NCBI GenBank assembly: GCA_031257775.1
Contig: JAIROA010000033.1
Span: 1,321-65,320 of the forward strand
Origin: Synergistaceae bacterium
GTDB taxonomy: Bacteria > Synergistota > Synergistia > Synergistales > Synergistaceae
Reading direction: 5' to 3'
DNA: 64,000 nucleotides
This document shows positions 28,941 through 37,798 of this stretch, piece after piece (the first letter of the stretch is position 1; the number at the start of each line of letters is the position of its first letter). The position numbers and the translations under genes were made by a program. Below the pieces are notes generated by a model. It made no database searches. It was given only the letters and a program-made list of their open reading frames with translations, and had not been told where the DNA came from.

Positions 28941-30578
28941 TCAAGCGACCCAGTGAAGAAGGCCCTTTTCGAGATCTATCCTCGCAAGGCGCGGCTCGTT
29001 CTCGCCGTCCGCGTCCACTATGCCGTCCGCCCTGCGGGCTTTTGCCCTGCCGCCATAGAGGTCAGGACGGCCCTTCTGATCATCCCTGTTTTTAATATCG
29101 ACCGCCAGATTCGAAACATGAATACCCTGCGCCTCAAGAGACGTTTTCAGTATATCGAGCTGCTGCTGAAGGATCTGCTTCAAGGACTCGTTATCCACCT
29201 TGAATACCGCCTCGACTCCGGTGCCGCTTGCCTGCAGGGAGACGTCCACCCTCCCCAGGGAGGGGGGCTCGACGACTATCCTCGCCTCATTTATGCCGTC
29301 GTTCCTCATGAACTCCAGAACGGATCTCATGCCGTCCCCGAGCGGGCTTTCGGCGTTCAGGCTGTATGTCGATCCCGGCAGCGTCATCATCGGCGTCTGA
29401 GCGGCGTTTTCAGCCTTCGCTGTGCCGGGGCGAGCGCGCATCGCTGACGCGAACTCTCCCGAAAACGCGCCGTTTTTTAGCTCCGCGTCATCTTCCGGCT
29501 TTACTCCATAAGCCCGCCGCTCGATTTTCTGTTCCTTTGAGACGGACGCGGGGCCAGGCTTTTTAGCGGCAGTTTCGCCGCACTCATCTGCTTTTACCGG
29601 CACTTGCGGCTTGGCGGCCTGATCCAAATCCGCGCCCCACGGGCTTTCCTCGGTTTTGATCGCTTCAGCAAAGCCCGAGGTCATGGCGGATCTGTCCCGC
29701 GCCGGCACAGAGGCGTCAGGATCTCTTTCATCTTCATTTTTTTTGTCTTTTGTGCCTTTTTGGCCTTTTTTATCTTCGTCCCCGGCATCCTTCTTTGAAT
29801 CGTCCTCCGGCAAATCAGAAAGCACAGGAACGTCAGGATGCTTTGGCATTTCCGCCGTCTTTTCAGAGTCCTCTGGCATATCCGGCATCTTTTCCGCGTC
29901 CTCTGACATATCCTGCGTCTTTTCCGCCGGCGTTTCCGGGACGGCAGGCAATGACGGATCAGCGGCTTCGTCGCCCTCGCGCGGAAGCTCCTCCTTGCCC
30001 TGCGGCAGCTCCACGCCCGCCTTTGGCAGTTTCGCGGGGATTTTCGGAGCGTCCGGCGTTCCGGGGCTGGCCTTTTCGTCCTGCGAAAGGCGGAATTTAT
30101 TCAAAAATTCCTCTATGAGCCTGTGCAGCGAGCCGTTCATGAAATCCCCGCCAAGGATGAGATCCGGGTCGAACTTGCCCGCTTTTTCGACAGCCCTCCC
30201 CGCAAGCTCGACGGCCCCGCGCACGTCGCCTTCCATAAGTTCCGCGTCAAGCGCGTCCGCAAAGTCCCTTATGAGATCCGCGCCCGCGGAAATAGGCGCG
30301 GCGAGCATGGCAAGGTCTTCATCGCTCAGCCCCTCGGCAAATTTTTCTATTTCCGCGGCTATGCCCGACGCTTCGTCCATGCCGTGCTTTTCCACGTACA
30401 TCGACTTTGCGAGCTTTGCTGCGGCAAGGATCCTGTTAAAGCTCTCTTGCGCCGGGATGCCTGCATTATCGGCAGTCGCCGCTACAGCCCCTGCCGCGGG
30501 TACGCCGGCGGAAGCATCGATATTCGCCATGAAGTCGCTCGCCTGTGCGGTTGCCATCTGAACAGCCATACTTTCCAC
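28941..30578 (-). CDS. fliK: flagellar hook-length control protein FliK
   Basis: C-terminal Flg_hook-type domain: ARIVVEPPSLGRVDVSLQASGTGVEAVFKVDNESLKQILQQQLDILKTSLEAQGIHVSNLAVDI. Long disordered acidic/Pro-rich centre. Position between the ylxF-like gene and flgD. Confidence 0.8.
   Translation of the reverse strand: MESMAVQMATAQASDFMANIDASAGVPAAGAVAATADNAGIPAQESFNRILAAAKLAKSMYVEKHGMDEASGIAAEIEKFAEGLSDEDLAMLAAPISAGADLIRDFADALDAELMEGDVRGAVELAGRAVEKAGKFDPDLILGGDFMNGSLHRLIEEFLNKFRLSQDEKASPGTPDAPKIPAKLPKAGVELPQGKEELPREGDEAADPSLPAVPETPAEKTQDMSEDAEKMPDMPEDSEKTAEMPKHPDVPVLSDLPEDDSKKDAGDEDKKGQKGTKDKKNEDERDPDASVPARDRSAMTSGFAEAIKTEESPWGADLDQAAKPQVPVKADECGETAAKKPGPASVSKEQKIERRAYGVKPEDDAELKNGAFSGEFASAMRARPGTAKAENAAQTPMMTLPGSTYSLNAESPLGDGMRSVLEFMRNDGINEARIVVEPPSLGRVDVSLQASGTGVEAVFKVDNESLKQILQQQLDILKTSLEAQGIHVSNLAVDIKNRDDQKGRPDLYGGRAKARRADGIVDADGENEPRLARIDLEKGLLHWVA
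29851..29940 (-). repeat. three tandem 30-nt imperfect repeats inside fliK (10-aa units)
   Basis: The units are 29851-29880, 29881-29910 and 29911-29940. Units 1 and 2 are identical at 25 of 30 positions by my alignment, and unit 3 is more diverged. They encode DMSEDAEKMP / DMPEDSEKTA / EMPKHPDVPV. Confidence 0.6.
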
Positions 30579-30622
30579 CTCTTATTCGTTGTTAAAAACA
30601 GCATGCCGTCCCTGGCTTTGCG

Positions 30623-31333
30623 CTATTGCCTGTTCCTATAAGCTTCCGAGAGCCTCTCGGTCAGGACAGCGGCCGTCGTGGCTTCTATGCGCCCTAGGAT
30701 ATTGGCCCTCGTGTCCTCCGGCAGGCCTTCAAGTATCGCCACCGCGAGTTCCGGCGTCAGCTTCTCGACTATGGCGGCCGCGTTTCTCGCTGACATCTGT
30801 CCGAAAGTCCCTATGATATCCCCTATCTCGTCCGCCTGAGAGGCGGCTAAGCCCCCGGAGTCTCTGGAGGCTATGTCGTTCGAGAGGGCTTCAAGCCGTG
30901 CCGCCAGGTTTTCCCTCTCATAGTCTAGATCCTGCTCTCTCGCGGACAGATCGCTCGAAACCTTATCAAGTTCCTGCTGCCTGGCGTCCAGCGATCTCAT
31001 GGAGTCGGATATCATGGCCTCCCACTCGCCAAGCTCCTGCCTCCTGCGTTCCTCGGGCGACAGCGAATATATCTCCGGTATGCCCAGGGCATCCTTCAGC
31101 GGCCCGCCCACTTTCGGTATCCTTGGCACGACGTTGTAGACAAATGGCCTGAAATCCACGTTGCCGCTTGCCTGAAGTCCCGATGAGATCCCTGCCGCAA
31201 GCAGTATTAGGAGAATAAAAAAACCGCAACCTCTCTTCTTTTTTTTCTTTTTCTTCCGCGGCTTTTCAGCCTCAGATGTTTCAGGGGTTGCGGGTTCTAT
31301 AACGGTTCTTTCTCTTTCCTGCGCTTCTGCCAT
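30623..31333 (-). CDS. YlxF/FlbB-like flagellar protein (TM anchor, coiled coil, MgtE-N-like C-terminal helices)
   Basis: Poly-Lys followed by TM segment GCGFFILLILLAAGISSGL. Coiled-coil middle. C-terminal MSARNAAAIVEKLTPELAVAILEGLPEDTRANILG. Same position as B. subtilis ylxF. Start is ATG 31333 (AGGGG SD) or the TTG at 31339. Confidence 0.6.
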   Translation of the reverse strand: MAEAQERERTVIEPATPETSEAEKPRKKKKKKKRGCGFFILLILLAAGISSGLQASGNVDFRPFVYNVVPRIPKVGGPLKDALGIPEIYSLSPEERRRQELGEWEAMISDSMRSLDARQQELDKVSSDLSAREQDLDYERENLAARLEALSNDIASRDSGGLAASQADEIGDIIGTFGQMSARNAAAIVEKLTPELAVAILEGLPEDTRANILGRIEATTAAVLTERLSEAYRNRQ

Positions 31334-31335
31334 TC

Positions 31336-31929
31336 TCAATCGCCCCTGGAATATTTTCGGTACAAAGCCAGCACGTTCTTAACGTAGCGTTCCGTCTCCG
31401 GGAAAGGAGGGACTCCGTCATAGGAGTCGACCCTTGCCGGTCCCGCGTTATACGCGGCCAGAGTCTTAACATAATCACCATCATATTTATCGGCTAACTG
31501 AGCGAGGTATTTAATGCCTCCCTCAAGATTTCTTTTCGGGTCGGCAGGATCCACTCCAAGACCTCTTGCCGTGCCAGGCATGAGCTGCATGAGCCCGAGC
31601 GCTCCCGCGCCCGACACGGCGTTGGGGTTGCCGCCGGACTCCATGCGCATGACGGCCCTCGCAAGATGCGGATCCACGCCGTATCTGCCGCTCAGTTCCT
31701 GCAGGTCGGGCTCCCACATGGCAAGGCGCTCCGCCACGGACTCAGGCACTAAAGCGCTGTCAAACGACGAAAAGCCGCCTTCTCCGTCATATGGGTCGTC
31801 CAGTTTTTCCTCAAGGACTTCCTCAAACCTTACCTCGGCTTCCTGTTTCTCGCGGGCCTGCTCGGGATATATGAGCGCCTCTATTTCCCTCATCCGTCCA
31901 AGGACTCTCGTTATGCCCGCCATCCTCAT
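31336..31929 (-). CDS. SLT-domain lytic transglycosylase embedded in the flagellar operon
   Basis: Contains AVMRMESGGNPNAVSGAGALGLMQLMPGTA ... YNAGP, with the SLT catalytic Glu context. ATGA overlap with the fliJ stop. No N-terminal hydrophobic segment. Confidence 0.85.
   Translation of the reverse strand: MRMAGITRVLGRMREIEALIYPEQAREKQEAEVRFEEVLEEKLDDPYDGEGGFSSFDSALVPESVAERLAMWEPDLQELSGRYGVDPHLARAVMRMESGGNPNAVSGAGALGLMQLMPGTARGLGVDPADPKRNLEGGIKYLAQLADKYDGDYVKTLAAYNAGPARVDSYDGVPPFPETERYVKNVLALYRKYSRGD
31487..31513 (-). promoter_or_regulatory. sigma-28 (FliA/SigD)-type promoter, exact consensus TAAA-N15-GCCGATAA
   Basis: Minus-sense sequence is gaggcatTAAAtacctcgctcagttaGCCGATAAatatga. It lies inside the 3' part of the SLT gene, about 150 nt upstream of the ylxF-like start and on the same strand as the flagellar genes. 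Confidence 0.6.
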
Positions 31930-32390
31930 CCTAAGCCACCCCCCTCTCCTTTAGAAATCCGGCGATACCTCATCGTCGTTATGTCATCGAGGTTGTTCTG
32001 CTCCGCGTCTATGCCCTTTTTGACTTCCAGCTCCTTAAGCCTGCCCACGAAATGCTCCATCATCTGGACGTTGCGGTGCCTTTCAAGAAGAATGGTCTTC
32101 GTCTCCTCTATCTCGGCCCGGCAGCACTCCAGTTCCTGCTTGTTCTTATTCATCTTACGTTCCATGACGTCCAGGCTCTGGCGCTCGAACCAGAGCTGCC
32201 TGGGCGACACGACTCCCTTTCCTGAGCAGAAGTCGGCAATGGCGTCCTCGCGGCGGGCCTCGATCTCGTTCAGCCTCGTCAGGATCGATTCCTCCTCGCG
32301 CATCTTGACAGCCAGTTCGCTCTCGGTGATCTCACGCTCCACCTCGCGGACGTGAAGAACTCTCTTGAATCTCTTCAGCTCGCCAGCCAT
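31926..32390 (-). CDS. fliJ: flagellar export chaperone FliJ
   Basis: 154-aa all-helical, charged coiled-coil protein directly after fliI. Confidence 0.75.
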   Translation of the reverse strand: MAGELKRFKRVLHVREVEREITESELAVKMREEESILTRLNEIEARREDAIADFCSGKGVVSPRQLWFERQSLDVMERKMNKNKQELECCRAEIEETKTILLERHRNVQMMEHFVGRLKELEVKKGIDAEQNNLDDITTMRYRRISKGEGGGLG

Positions 32391-32406
32391 AGCCGTATGC
32401 TCCCCT

Positions 32407-33768
32407 CTACTTCGGCGCCAGCTTTAAAAGCTGGCTTACGGTATCGTCAAACCCGACGTTCTCCATCATACCCTGCTTTAAAAAAACGTCCACGGATTCG
32501 ATATGCTCGAGCGCCCAATCGACCTTCGCGTTGCTGCCGGCCTTATAGGCGCCGATGTTTATCAAGTCCTGCGCTCCTTCGAAGATAGAAAGCAGCTCGC
32601 GCACCCTGCCGGCCGCTTCGTACTGAGCCTCGGACACTACAGTCGGCATGACGCGGCTGATGCTGCGCTGGACATCGACGGACGGGTAGTGGTACTTCGC
32701 GGCTAAGTCACGGCTAAGCACGAAGTGCCCGTCCAGTATCCCCCTGACGGTGTCCGCCACGGGCTCGTTCATGTCGTCGCCCTCCACCAGAACCGAGTAT
32801 ATCGCGGTGATGCTGCCTATCTCGCCAGCGCCGGAGCGCTCGAGCAGCCTCGGGAGGAACGCGAATACGGAGGGCGTGTAGCCCCTGGTGGCTGGAGGCT
32901 CGCCTATGGCAAGCCCTACGTCCCGCTGGGCCATCGCCACCCTCGTGATTGAATCCATCATCATGAGCACGTTTTTGCCGAGATCCCTGAAATATTCCGC
33001 TATGGCAGTCGCGGTGAGAGCGGCCTTTAAACGGACAAGAGGGGGCTGATCCGATGTCGCGACCACGACAACCGAGCGCGCCAGGCCAGACTCGCCAAGG
33101 TCGCGCTCCAGAAACTCCTTAACCTCCCTGCCGCGCTCTCCGACGAGCGCTATGACGTTCACGTCGGCCTCGGTGTTCCTGGCCATCATCCCCAAAAGGA
33201 CGCTCTTGCCTACCCCTGAGCCCGCGAATATGCCGACGCGCTGCCCCTGCCCCAGAGTCAAGAGGCCATCTATCACTTTCACGCCGACCGCGAGAGGCTT
33301 TTCCACCATCTGCCGTCTCAGCGGATGCGGAGGCGACGAGATGAGCGGGTAATAATCAATGGCCGGAACCGGCCCAAGCGAATCAAGGGGATTGCCGAGC
33401 CCGTCCAGGACGCGGCCCAAAAGGGCATTCGAGACATTCACGCCCAGAGGGTGCCCCATAGAGAGGACGTCGCACCCGGGGCCGATGTCGGAAAGCTCGC
33501 CAAGAGGCATCAGCAAGACCCGGTCCGTCTTGAAGCCGACGACTTCGGCGCGGAGTATCGTGTCGCGGTTGCGGGAACGCACCTCACAGAGATCGCCTAT
33601 CTGGATGTCAGGCCCCTGCGACTCTATCACGAGCCCGACGACCTGCACTACCCGCCCGTTTATACGGATCAGCTCCATCTGAGAGAGCCGTCCCTCCAGG
33701 GCAGTGAGCATGTCGCTTGCGGCGCGCCGCGCCGTATGCCGCTCAGCCTGCGACGTCTGCGTCGTCAT
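32407..33768 (-). CDS. fliI: flagellum-specific ATPase FliI
   Basis: Walker A GSGVGKSVLLGM, Walker B-type MMMDSITR, F1-ATPase-like fold motifs. Confidence 0.95.
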   Translation of the reverse strand: MTTQTSQAERHTARRAASDMLTALEGRLSQMELIRINGRVVQVVGLVIESQGPDIQIGDLCEVRSRNRDTILRAEVVGFKTDRVLLMPLGELSDIGPGCDVLSMGHPLGVNVSNALLGRVLDGLGNPLDSLGPVPAIDYYPLISSPPHPLRRQMVEKPLAVGVKVIDGLLTLGQGQRVGIFAGSGVGKSVLLGMMARNTEADVNVIALVGERGREVKEFLERDLGESGLARSVVVVATSDQPPLVRLKAALTATAIAEYFRDLGKNVLMMMDSITRVAMAQRDVGLAIGEPPATRGYTPSVFAFLPRLLERSGAGEIGSITAIYSVLVEGDDMNEPVADTVRGILDGHFVLSRDLAAKYHYPSVDVQRSISRVMPTVVSEAQYEAAGRVRELLSIFEGAQDLINIGAYKAGSNAKVDWALEHIESVDVFLKQGMMENVGFDDTVSQLLKLAPK

Positions 33769-34651
33769 TTGCCATGCTTTCCATCAGCAAGCCCTGAACC
33801 TCATCCGATATCTGCTCAAGCTGCGTCCGCCACCTCGCGTCGTAAATTCCCAGCTTCGTTTCCACAAGACAGCTCCCCCTGTCAACGTGGTCGTCCGACA
33901 GCATTTCAAGCGACTTCACCCCGCGGATGGAATCCATCAGGCCGTCCCTGCCAGCCTCGACGGACGCGATGTCCGACGGGTTCAGGTATATGATTATTTT
34001 CTCCCTGTCGTTCACGCGTTTTAAGATATATTCCAAAAGGCGCTTCGCCGCCTCAGGATCTGCCTCGACTTTCGCCTGAAGCATCCTCTTTAGCATTATC
34101 TCCCACATGCGGACGAGCTGAGGGGCGTGAAGCAGCGCAAGCTCCTCTCTTGAAGAGGCTAACGCTTCGCTCACGTCATTCAGCATGGACATGGCATCCG
34201 AGAACTTCCCCTCGTACTCAAGGCGCACCTCGCTCTCCGCCTTCGCAAGCCCTTCCGCGTATCCGCTCGCGAAGCCTTCCTCGCGGCCTTCCTTGGCTGA
34301 GGCGTTCTTTTGCTCCTGCGCGTCCTTCAGCGCTTTATCGTAAAAATCGCTCTTTTCCGCCTCCAGGCCGTCCTTCAGCTTCTCCATCGCGGCCTTTATA
34401 GATGACAGCGACGAACGCGACTCGAATAGCTCCGCCTCCCTCCCGCGAAGCTCCGAGCGGAGCGTGCGGATCTCCTCTTCGGCCAGCGCGAGCGCTGACT
34501 CCTCAGTTGCCGCGCCATGCCTACCGGGCTCATTTTTGTCAAACGACTCTCCGCCGGGCCCGACCTTTTCCAGAGTCCCGCGCCCGACCCTTATAGTCCC
34601 CGGAAGAAGGCGGACGGCCTTTATGAGGCGCTGGCGTGAGGCGCTAGACAA
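33743..34651 (-). CDS. fliH: flagellar assembly protein FliH
   Basis: Coiled-coil N-terminal half with a FliH-type C-terminal domain. Lies between fliG and fliI with overlapping stop/start codons. Confidence 0.8.
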   Translation of the reverse strand: MSSASRQRLIKAVRLLPGTIRVGRGTLEKVGPGGESFDKNEPGRHGAATEESALALAEEEIRTLRSELRGREAELFESRSSLSSIKAAMEKLKDGLEAEKSDFYDKALKDAQEQKNASAKEGREEGFASGYAEGLAKAESEVRLEYEGKFSDAMSMLNDVSEALASSREELALLHAPQLVRMWEIMLKRMLQAKVEADPEAAKRLLEYILKRVNDREKIIIYLNPSDIASVEAGRDGLMDSIRGVKSLEMLSDDHVDRGSCLVETKLGIYDARWRTQLEQISDEVQGLLMESMANDDADVAG

Positions 34652-35657
34652 CTATCTCTTCCTCTCCGCCCCGGGCTATGACGATCTCGCCCGCTTCTTC
34701 CAGAGCGCGGACGACGTTCACTATCTTCTGCTGCGCTTCCTCGACCATGCGCACCCGGACCGGCCCCATGAAGTCCATGTCCTCTTTCAGCATGTCCGCC
34801 GCGCGTTTTGACATATTCTTGAAGAAATTCTGCCTCAGATCCTCCGAAGCGCCCTTTAAGGCCAGGCCAAGATCCTTGAGGTCGACCTCGCGAAGAACCC
34901 TCTGCAGCGAGCGGTCGTCTATGCCTCCGATGTCGTCGAACATGAACAGGCGCTTTTTTATCTCCTCGGCCAGTTCCGGATCCTGCTCCTCCAATGATTC
35001 TATGATATTTCTCTCCGTGCCGCGGTCCACGCGGTTTATCAGGTTGACTACGGCGTCTATGCCGCCCGCTATCGTGAAATCCTGCCCCATGACAGTAGAA
35101 AGCTTCCGCTCCAGCACACGCTCGACCTCCCTCAGCACTTCGGGCGTTATGCGATCCATCTTCGCTATGCGGCGCGCAACGTCCCACTGAGCCGCGGGGG
35201 CGAGCCCGCCCAATACAAGCGCTGACTGTTCCGGGGCAAGGTATGAGAGGATTAGCGCTATCGTCTGCGGGTGTTCGTTCTGTATGAAACTCAGAAGCTG
35301 CTGGGGATCCGTGTGCCTTACGAAGTCGAACGGACGTACCTGGAGGCTTGCCGTGATGCGGCGCAGTATGTCCTGCGCCTTCTCCGAGCCAAGCGCCTGC
35401 TCCAGGAGCTTGCGGGCATATTCCACGCCTCCCTGCGTCATGAATTCATGCGCCATTATCAGTTCCTGGGCTTCTTTAAGGACGTCGAGCTTCACGTCCG
35501 GCGTGACCTTTCTCAGGTTAGCTATTTCAAGGGTCAGCAGCTCGATGGTCGTGTCGTCTATATAGCGATAGGCCCGCGCGACTGCCTCGGGCCCAAGCGC
35601 GACCATAAGTATGGCCGCTTTTTCGCGGCCTTTTAAATCCTTGCTTGCCTTACTCAT
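34644..35657 (-). CDS. fliG: flagellar motor switch protein FliG
   Basis: 337 aa. REKAAILMVALGPE, the MFDDI-type motif (RLFMFDDIG), and the charged C-terminal torque helix region. Confidence 0.95.
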   Translation of the reverse strand: MSKASKDLKGREKAAILMVALGPEAVARAYRYIDDTTIELLTLEIANLRKVTPDVKLDVLKEAQELIMAHEFMTQGGVEYARKLLEQALGSEKAQDILRRITASLQVRPFDFVRHTDPQQLLSFIQNEHPQTIALILSYLAPEQSALVLGGLAPAAQWDVARRIAKMDRITPEVLREVERVLERKLSTVMGQDFTIAGGIDAVVNLINRVDRGTERNIIESLEEQDPELAEEIKKRLFMFDDIGGIDDRSLQRVLREVDLKDLGLALKGASEDLRQNFFKNMSKRAADMLKEDMDFMGPVRVRMVEEAQQKIVNVVRALEEAGEIVIARGGEEEIVV

Positions 35658-37231
35658 ACATCGTCAACCACCCAATTTTTGATTAGGTTCGCAAGTTCCT
35701 CCGGGTTGTTCATGGCGTAGTTCCTGAGCTGCTCCTCAAGGACGGAGAGCTCTCCCTGAGACGTCATGAGGTCAGGGTTCTCCAGCAGTTCACGCAGAGA
35801 CGGCGTCTCGTCGGCATCCACGCCGGCCTTCGCTCTCCGCAGCGCTTCAAGCTGCTTGCGCCTCCTGAACCATACCGCAAGGGCCCCGGCGACGGCGAGA
35901 AGGAGGATCACGAACGAGCTTACCCCCAGGATCAGGCGGCTCTGGCGCTCCCGGGCGATCCTGGCCGCTATGGCGTCCGCGACTGTCGTGTCGAACGCGG
36001 TCGCCATGACCGTGAGCCTGTCTCCCCTTCCTTCGTCAGTCCCTATCGCGGTTGCGACGGCGTTCCGCATGTCTTCCTGCTGCCGCTGGTTCATCTCGCC
36101 GTCGATAAAAACGGTCGCCGTGATCCTCTTGATCTTGCCTTGCGTCTCGATCTCCTGGGATTCCTGTGTCGAATTGTCGTAGTTATTTATTGTCTCGTTA
36201 AGGTTATAGTCGGCGGGAACGTTCGTCTGGCCCGTGTTGACGGTATACCCTGGGATGTTGGAGGTAGTTCCGGGCGGGCCGCCGTAAACGCCAGCCGGCC
36301 CGCTGTAGCTTTCGTCCCTTACCTGCGAGCTCTGAAGCGTTCCGTAGGATTTGTCCGGAAGGGGGGTCACGAGCCGCCTGTTCACCTGGCGCTTGTCGAA
36401 GTCAAGCTCCACGCGGACGACGGCTTTCACTTTTCCAGGGCCGTATATCTTCTTGAGCGAGTCCTCTATCTTTTTCTCGAACTCCTCCTCGTAATCCCTC
36501 TCGAACTGCCTTTGCCTCAGGACAAGCTTGTTGCCGCTCTGAACGGCAAGCGATCCATCCCTCAGATCTTCGAAATTTATCACACCGTCAGCGTCCACGA
36601 GCGTGACGTTCTCAGGCAAAAGCCCCTCGACGCTGTGCGAAACGAGGTGAATGACGGCCTGAGCCTGATCCTGGCCGAAATGAGAGCCTGATTTCAGTTT
36701 GAGCAGGATCGCTGCCGTGGACGGCTGATTTTGCTCCAGAAAAAGGCGCTGCTCCGGCACGACGATACTGACCCGGGCCGAACTCACGGCGTTCATCTCG
36801 CGGATCGTCCGAGATAGCTCCCCTTCGAGGGATCTGTAATACGCTACCTTTTTTTGAAAGTCATCCGCTCCCATCGGAAGCTTGTCCATGATTTCAAAGC
36901 CAACGATCCCGCCTGTCGGTATGCCCTTTGCCGCAAGCGCCATCCTGGCCTCGTACACGCTCTGTGTCGGGACCAGGATGGCGTTCGCCGCGGAGTCCGT
37001 CCTGTACGGTATGCTTTCGGCTTTCAGGTACGTGATGACGGCCTCCTGATCACGCGCCTCAAGCCCCGAGAATATAGGTTCGTAATTCTGGCGCCCCGCG
37101 GCGAAGGCCATCAGCAGCATCCCGCCAAGCACGGCTAATCCGGCGGAGGCAATGGACACCTGCTGCCACCTGGAAAGACCGCCCCAGAATGACTTGAAGC
37201 GTCCGGCAATTTCCATCAATTTATCTCGCAT
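35654..37231 (-). CDS. fliF: flagellar MS-ring protein FliF
   Basis: 525 aa with N- and C-terminal TM segments and YscJ/FliF family ring-building motifs. Confidence 0.95.
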   Translation of the reverse strand: MRDKLMEIAGRFKSFWGGLSRWQQVSIASAGLAVLGGMLLMAFAAGRQNYEPIFSGLEARDQEAVITYLKAESIPYRTDSAANAILVPTQSVYEARMALAAKGIPTGGIVGFEIMDKLPMGADDFQKKVAYYRSLEGELSRTIREMNAVSSARVSIVVPEQRLFLEQNQPSTAAILLKLKSGSHFGQDQAQAVIHLVSHSVEGLLPENVTLVDADGVINFEDLRDGSLAVQSGNKLVLRQRQFERDYEEEFEKKIEDSLKKIYGPGKVKAVVRVELDFDKRQVNRRLVTPLPDKSYGTLQSSQVRDESYSGPAGVYGGPPGTTSNIPGYTVNTGQTNVPADYNLNETINNYDNSTQESQEIETQGKIKRITATVFIDGEMNQRQQEDMRNAVATAIGTDEGRGDRLTVMATAFDTTVADAIAARIARERQSRLILGVSSFVILLLAVAGALAVWFRRRKQLEALRRAKAGVDADETPSLRELLENPDLMTSQGELSVLEEQLRNYAMNNPEELANLIKNWVVDDV

Positions 37232-37260
37232 TTTCCGGCCTCTTTAATTTTATTTAAAGG

Positions 37261-37572
37261 CTAAACCGACATGCGGCCGATTTGCTGATACGCGTCCAGC
37301 AACTTATCGCGGATCTGTACCATCAGGCGCAGGGCAAGCTCGGCTTTTTCCACAGCGATAGAAACCTCCGACACGTCTTCGACCTCTCCGAGCGACATTT
37401 TCTCTATCATTCTGTCCGACTCCCCCTGCAGGTCGTTTACCCTGGTGATGCTGGCCTTGAGAACTTCGGAAAATGGCCGGGCCGCTTTTCCCCCCTTATT
37501 AAGATTTTTTGGAAGAATAAGCCCCACGCTTTCCTCTAACTGAACAGGCTGAACTCGTATGGGATCTAGCAT
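37261..37572 (-). CDS. fliE: flagellar hook-basal body complex protein FliE
   Basis: 103 aa. C-terminal VSIAVEKAELALRLMVQIRDKLLDAYQQIGRMSV is typical of FliE. Confidence 0.9.
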   Translation of the reverse strand: MLDPIRVQPVQLEESVGLILPKNLNKGGKAARPFSEVLKASITRVNDLQGESDRMIEKMSLGEVEDVSEVSIAVEKAELALRLMVQIRDKLLDAYQQIGRMSV

Positions 37573-37798
37573 AAAATCAAACCTCCGCTCTTACTGATAA
37601 AGCAACATACGGGACGCAAAAACATACGAAATAACTTTCTAAAAAAGGCAGAAGAGACATGAGAATGCGTATACCCACATCACAGCCTTATTTTCCGCTT
37701 CTTCTTAGATATGTCAATATGAAAATGCCTTTTCTTTGCATTTATGAATCGAGGAATAAGCTCGCAGCGTCGTGCGTGGCCTGAGATTCAGATATTTT

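Noticed and set aside
30466-30473. A second GCCGATAA octamer on the minus strand, inside fliK.
   Set aside because: The position 15 nt upstream reads AGGG rather than TAAA, so it lacks the -35 half of the sigma-28 consensus. It is most likely a chance occurrence in coding sequence.
29656-30561. 301-aa plus-strand ORF antisense to fliK. Similar long antisense ORFs occur at 23598-24542, 20175-20957, 10766-11470, 46730-47713 and 36140-36691.
   Set aside because: Their Ser/Arg/Pro/Ala-rich, low-complexity translations are typical shadow frames opposite real genes in GC-rich DNA. The opposite strand carries clearly recognisable flagellar or better-composed proteins, and no SD or family motif is present.
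34621-35187. 188-aa minus-strand ORF in an alternative frame of fliG, plus other out-of-frame ORFs such as 54587-54982 and 60242-60670.
   Set aside because: These are Arg/Gly-rich alternative-frame artefacts inside well-supported genes.
37659-37784. 41-codon plus-strand ORF (MRMRIPTSQPYFPLLLRYVNMKMPFLCIYESRNKLAASCVA) in the fliE/nifS divergent region.
   Set aside because: It has only a weak purine-rich stretch upstream and no terminator, and it would overlap the nifS promoter. There is no support beyond being open.
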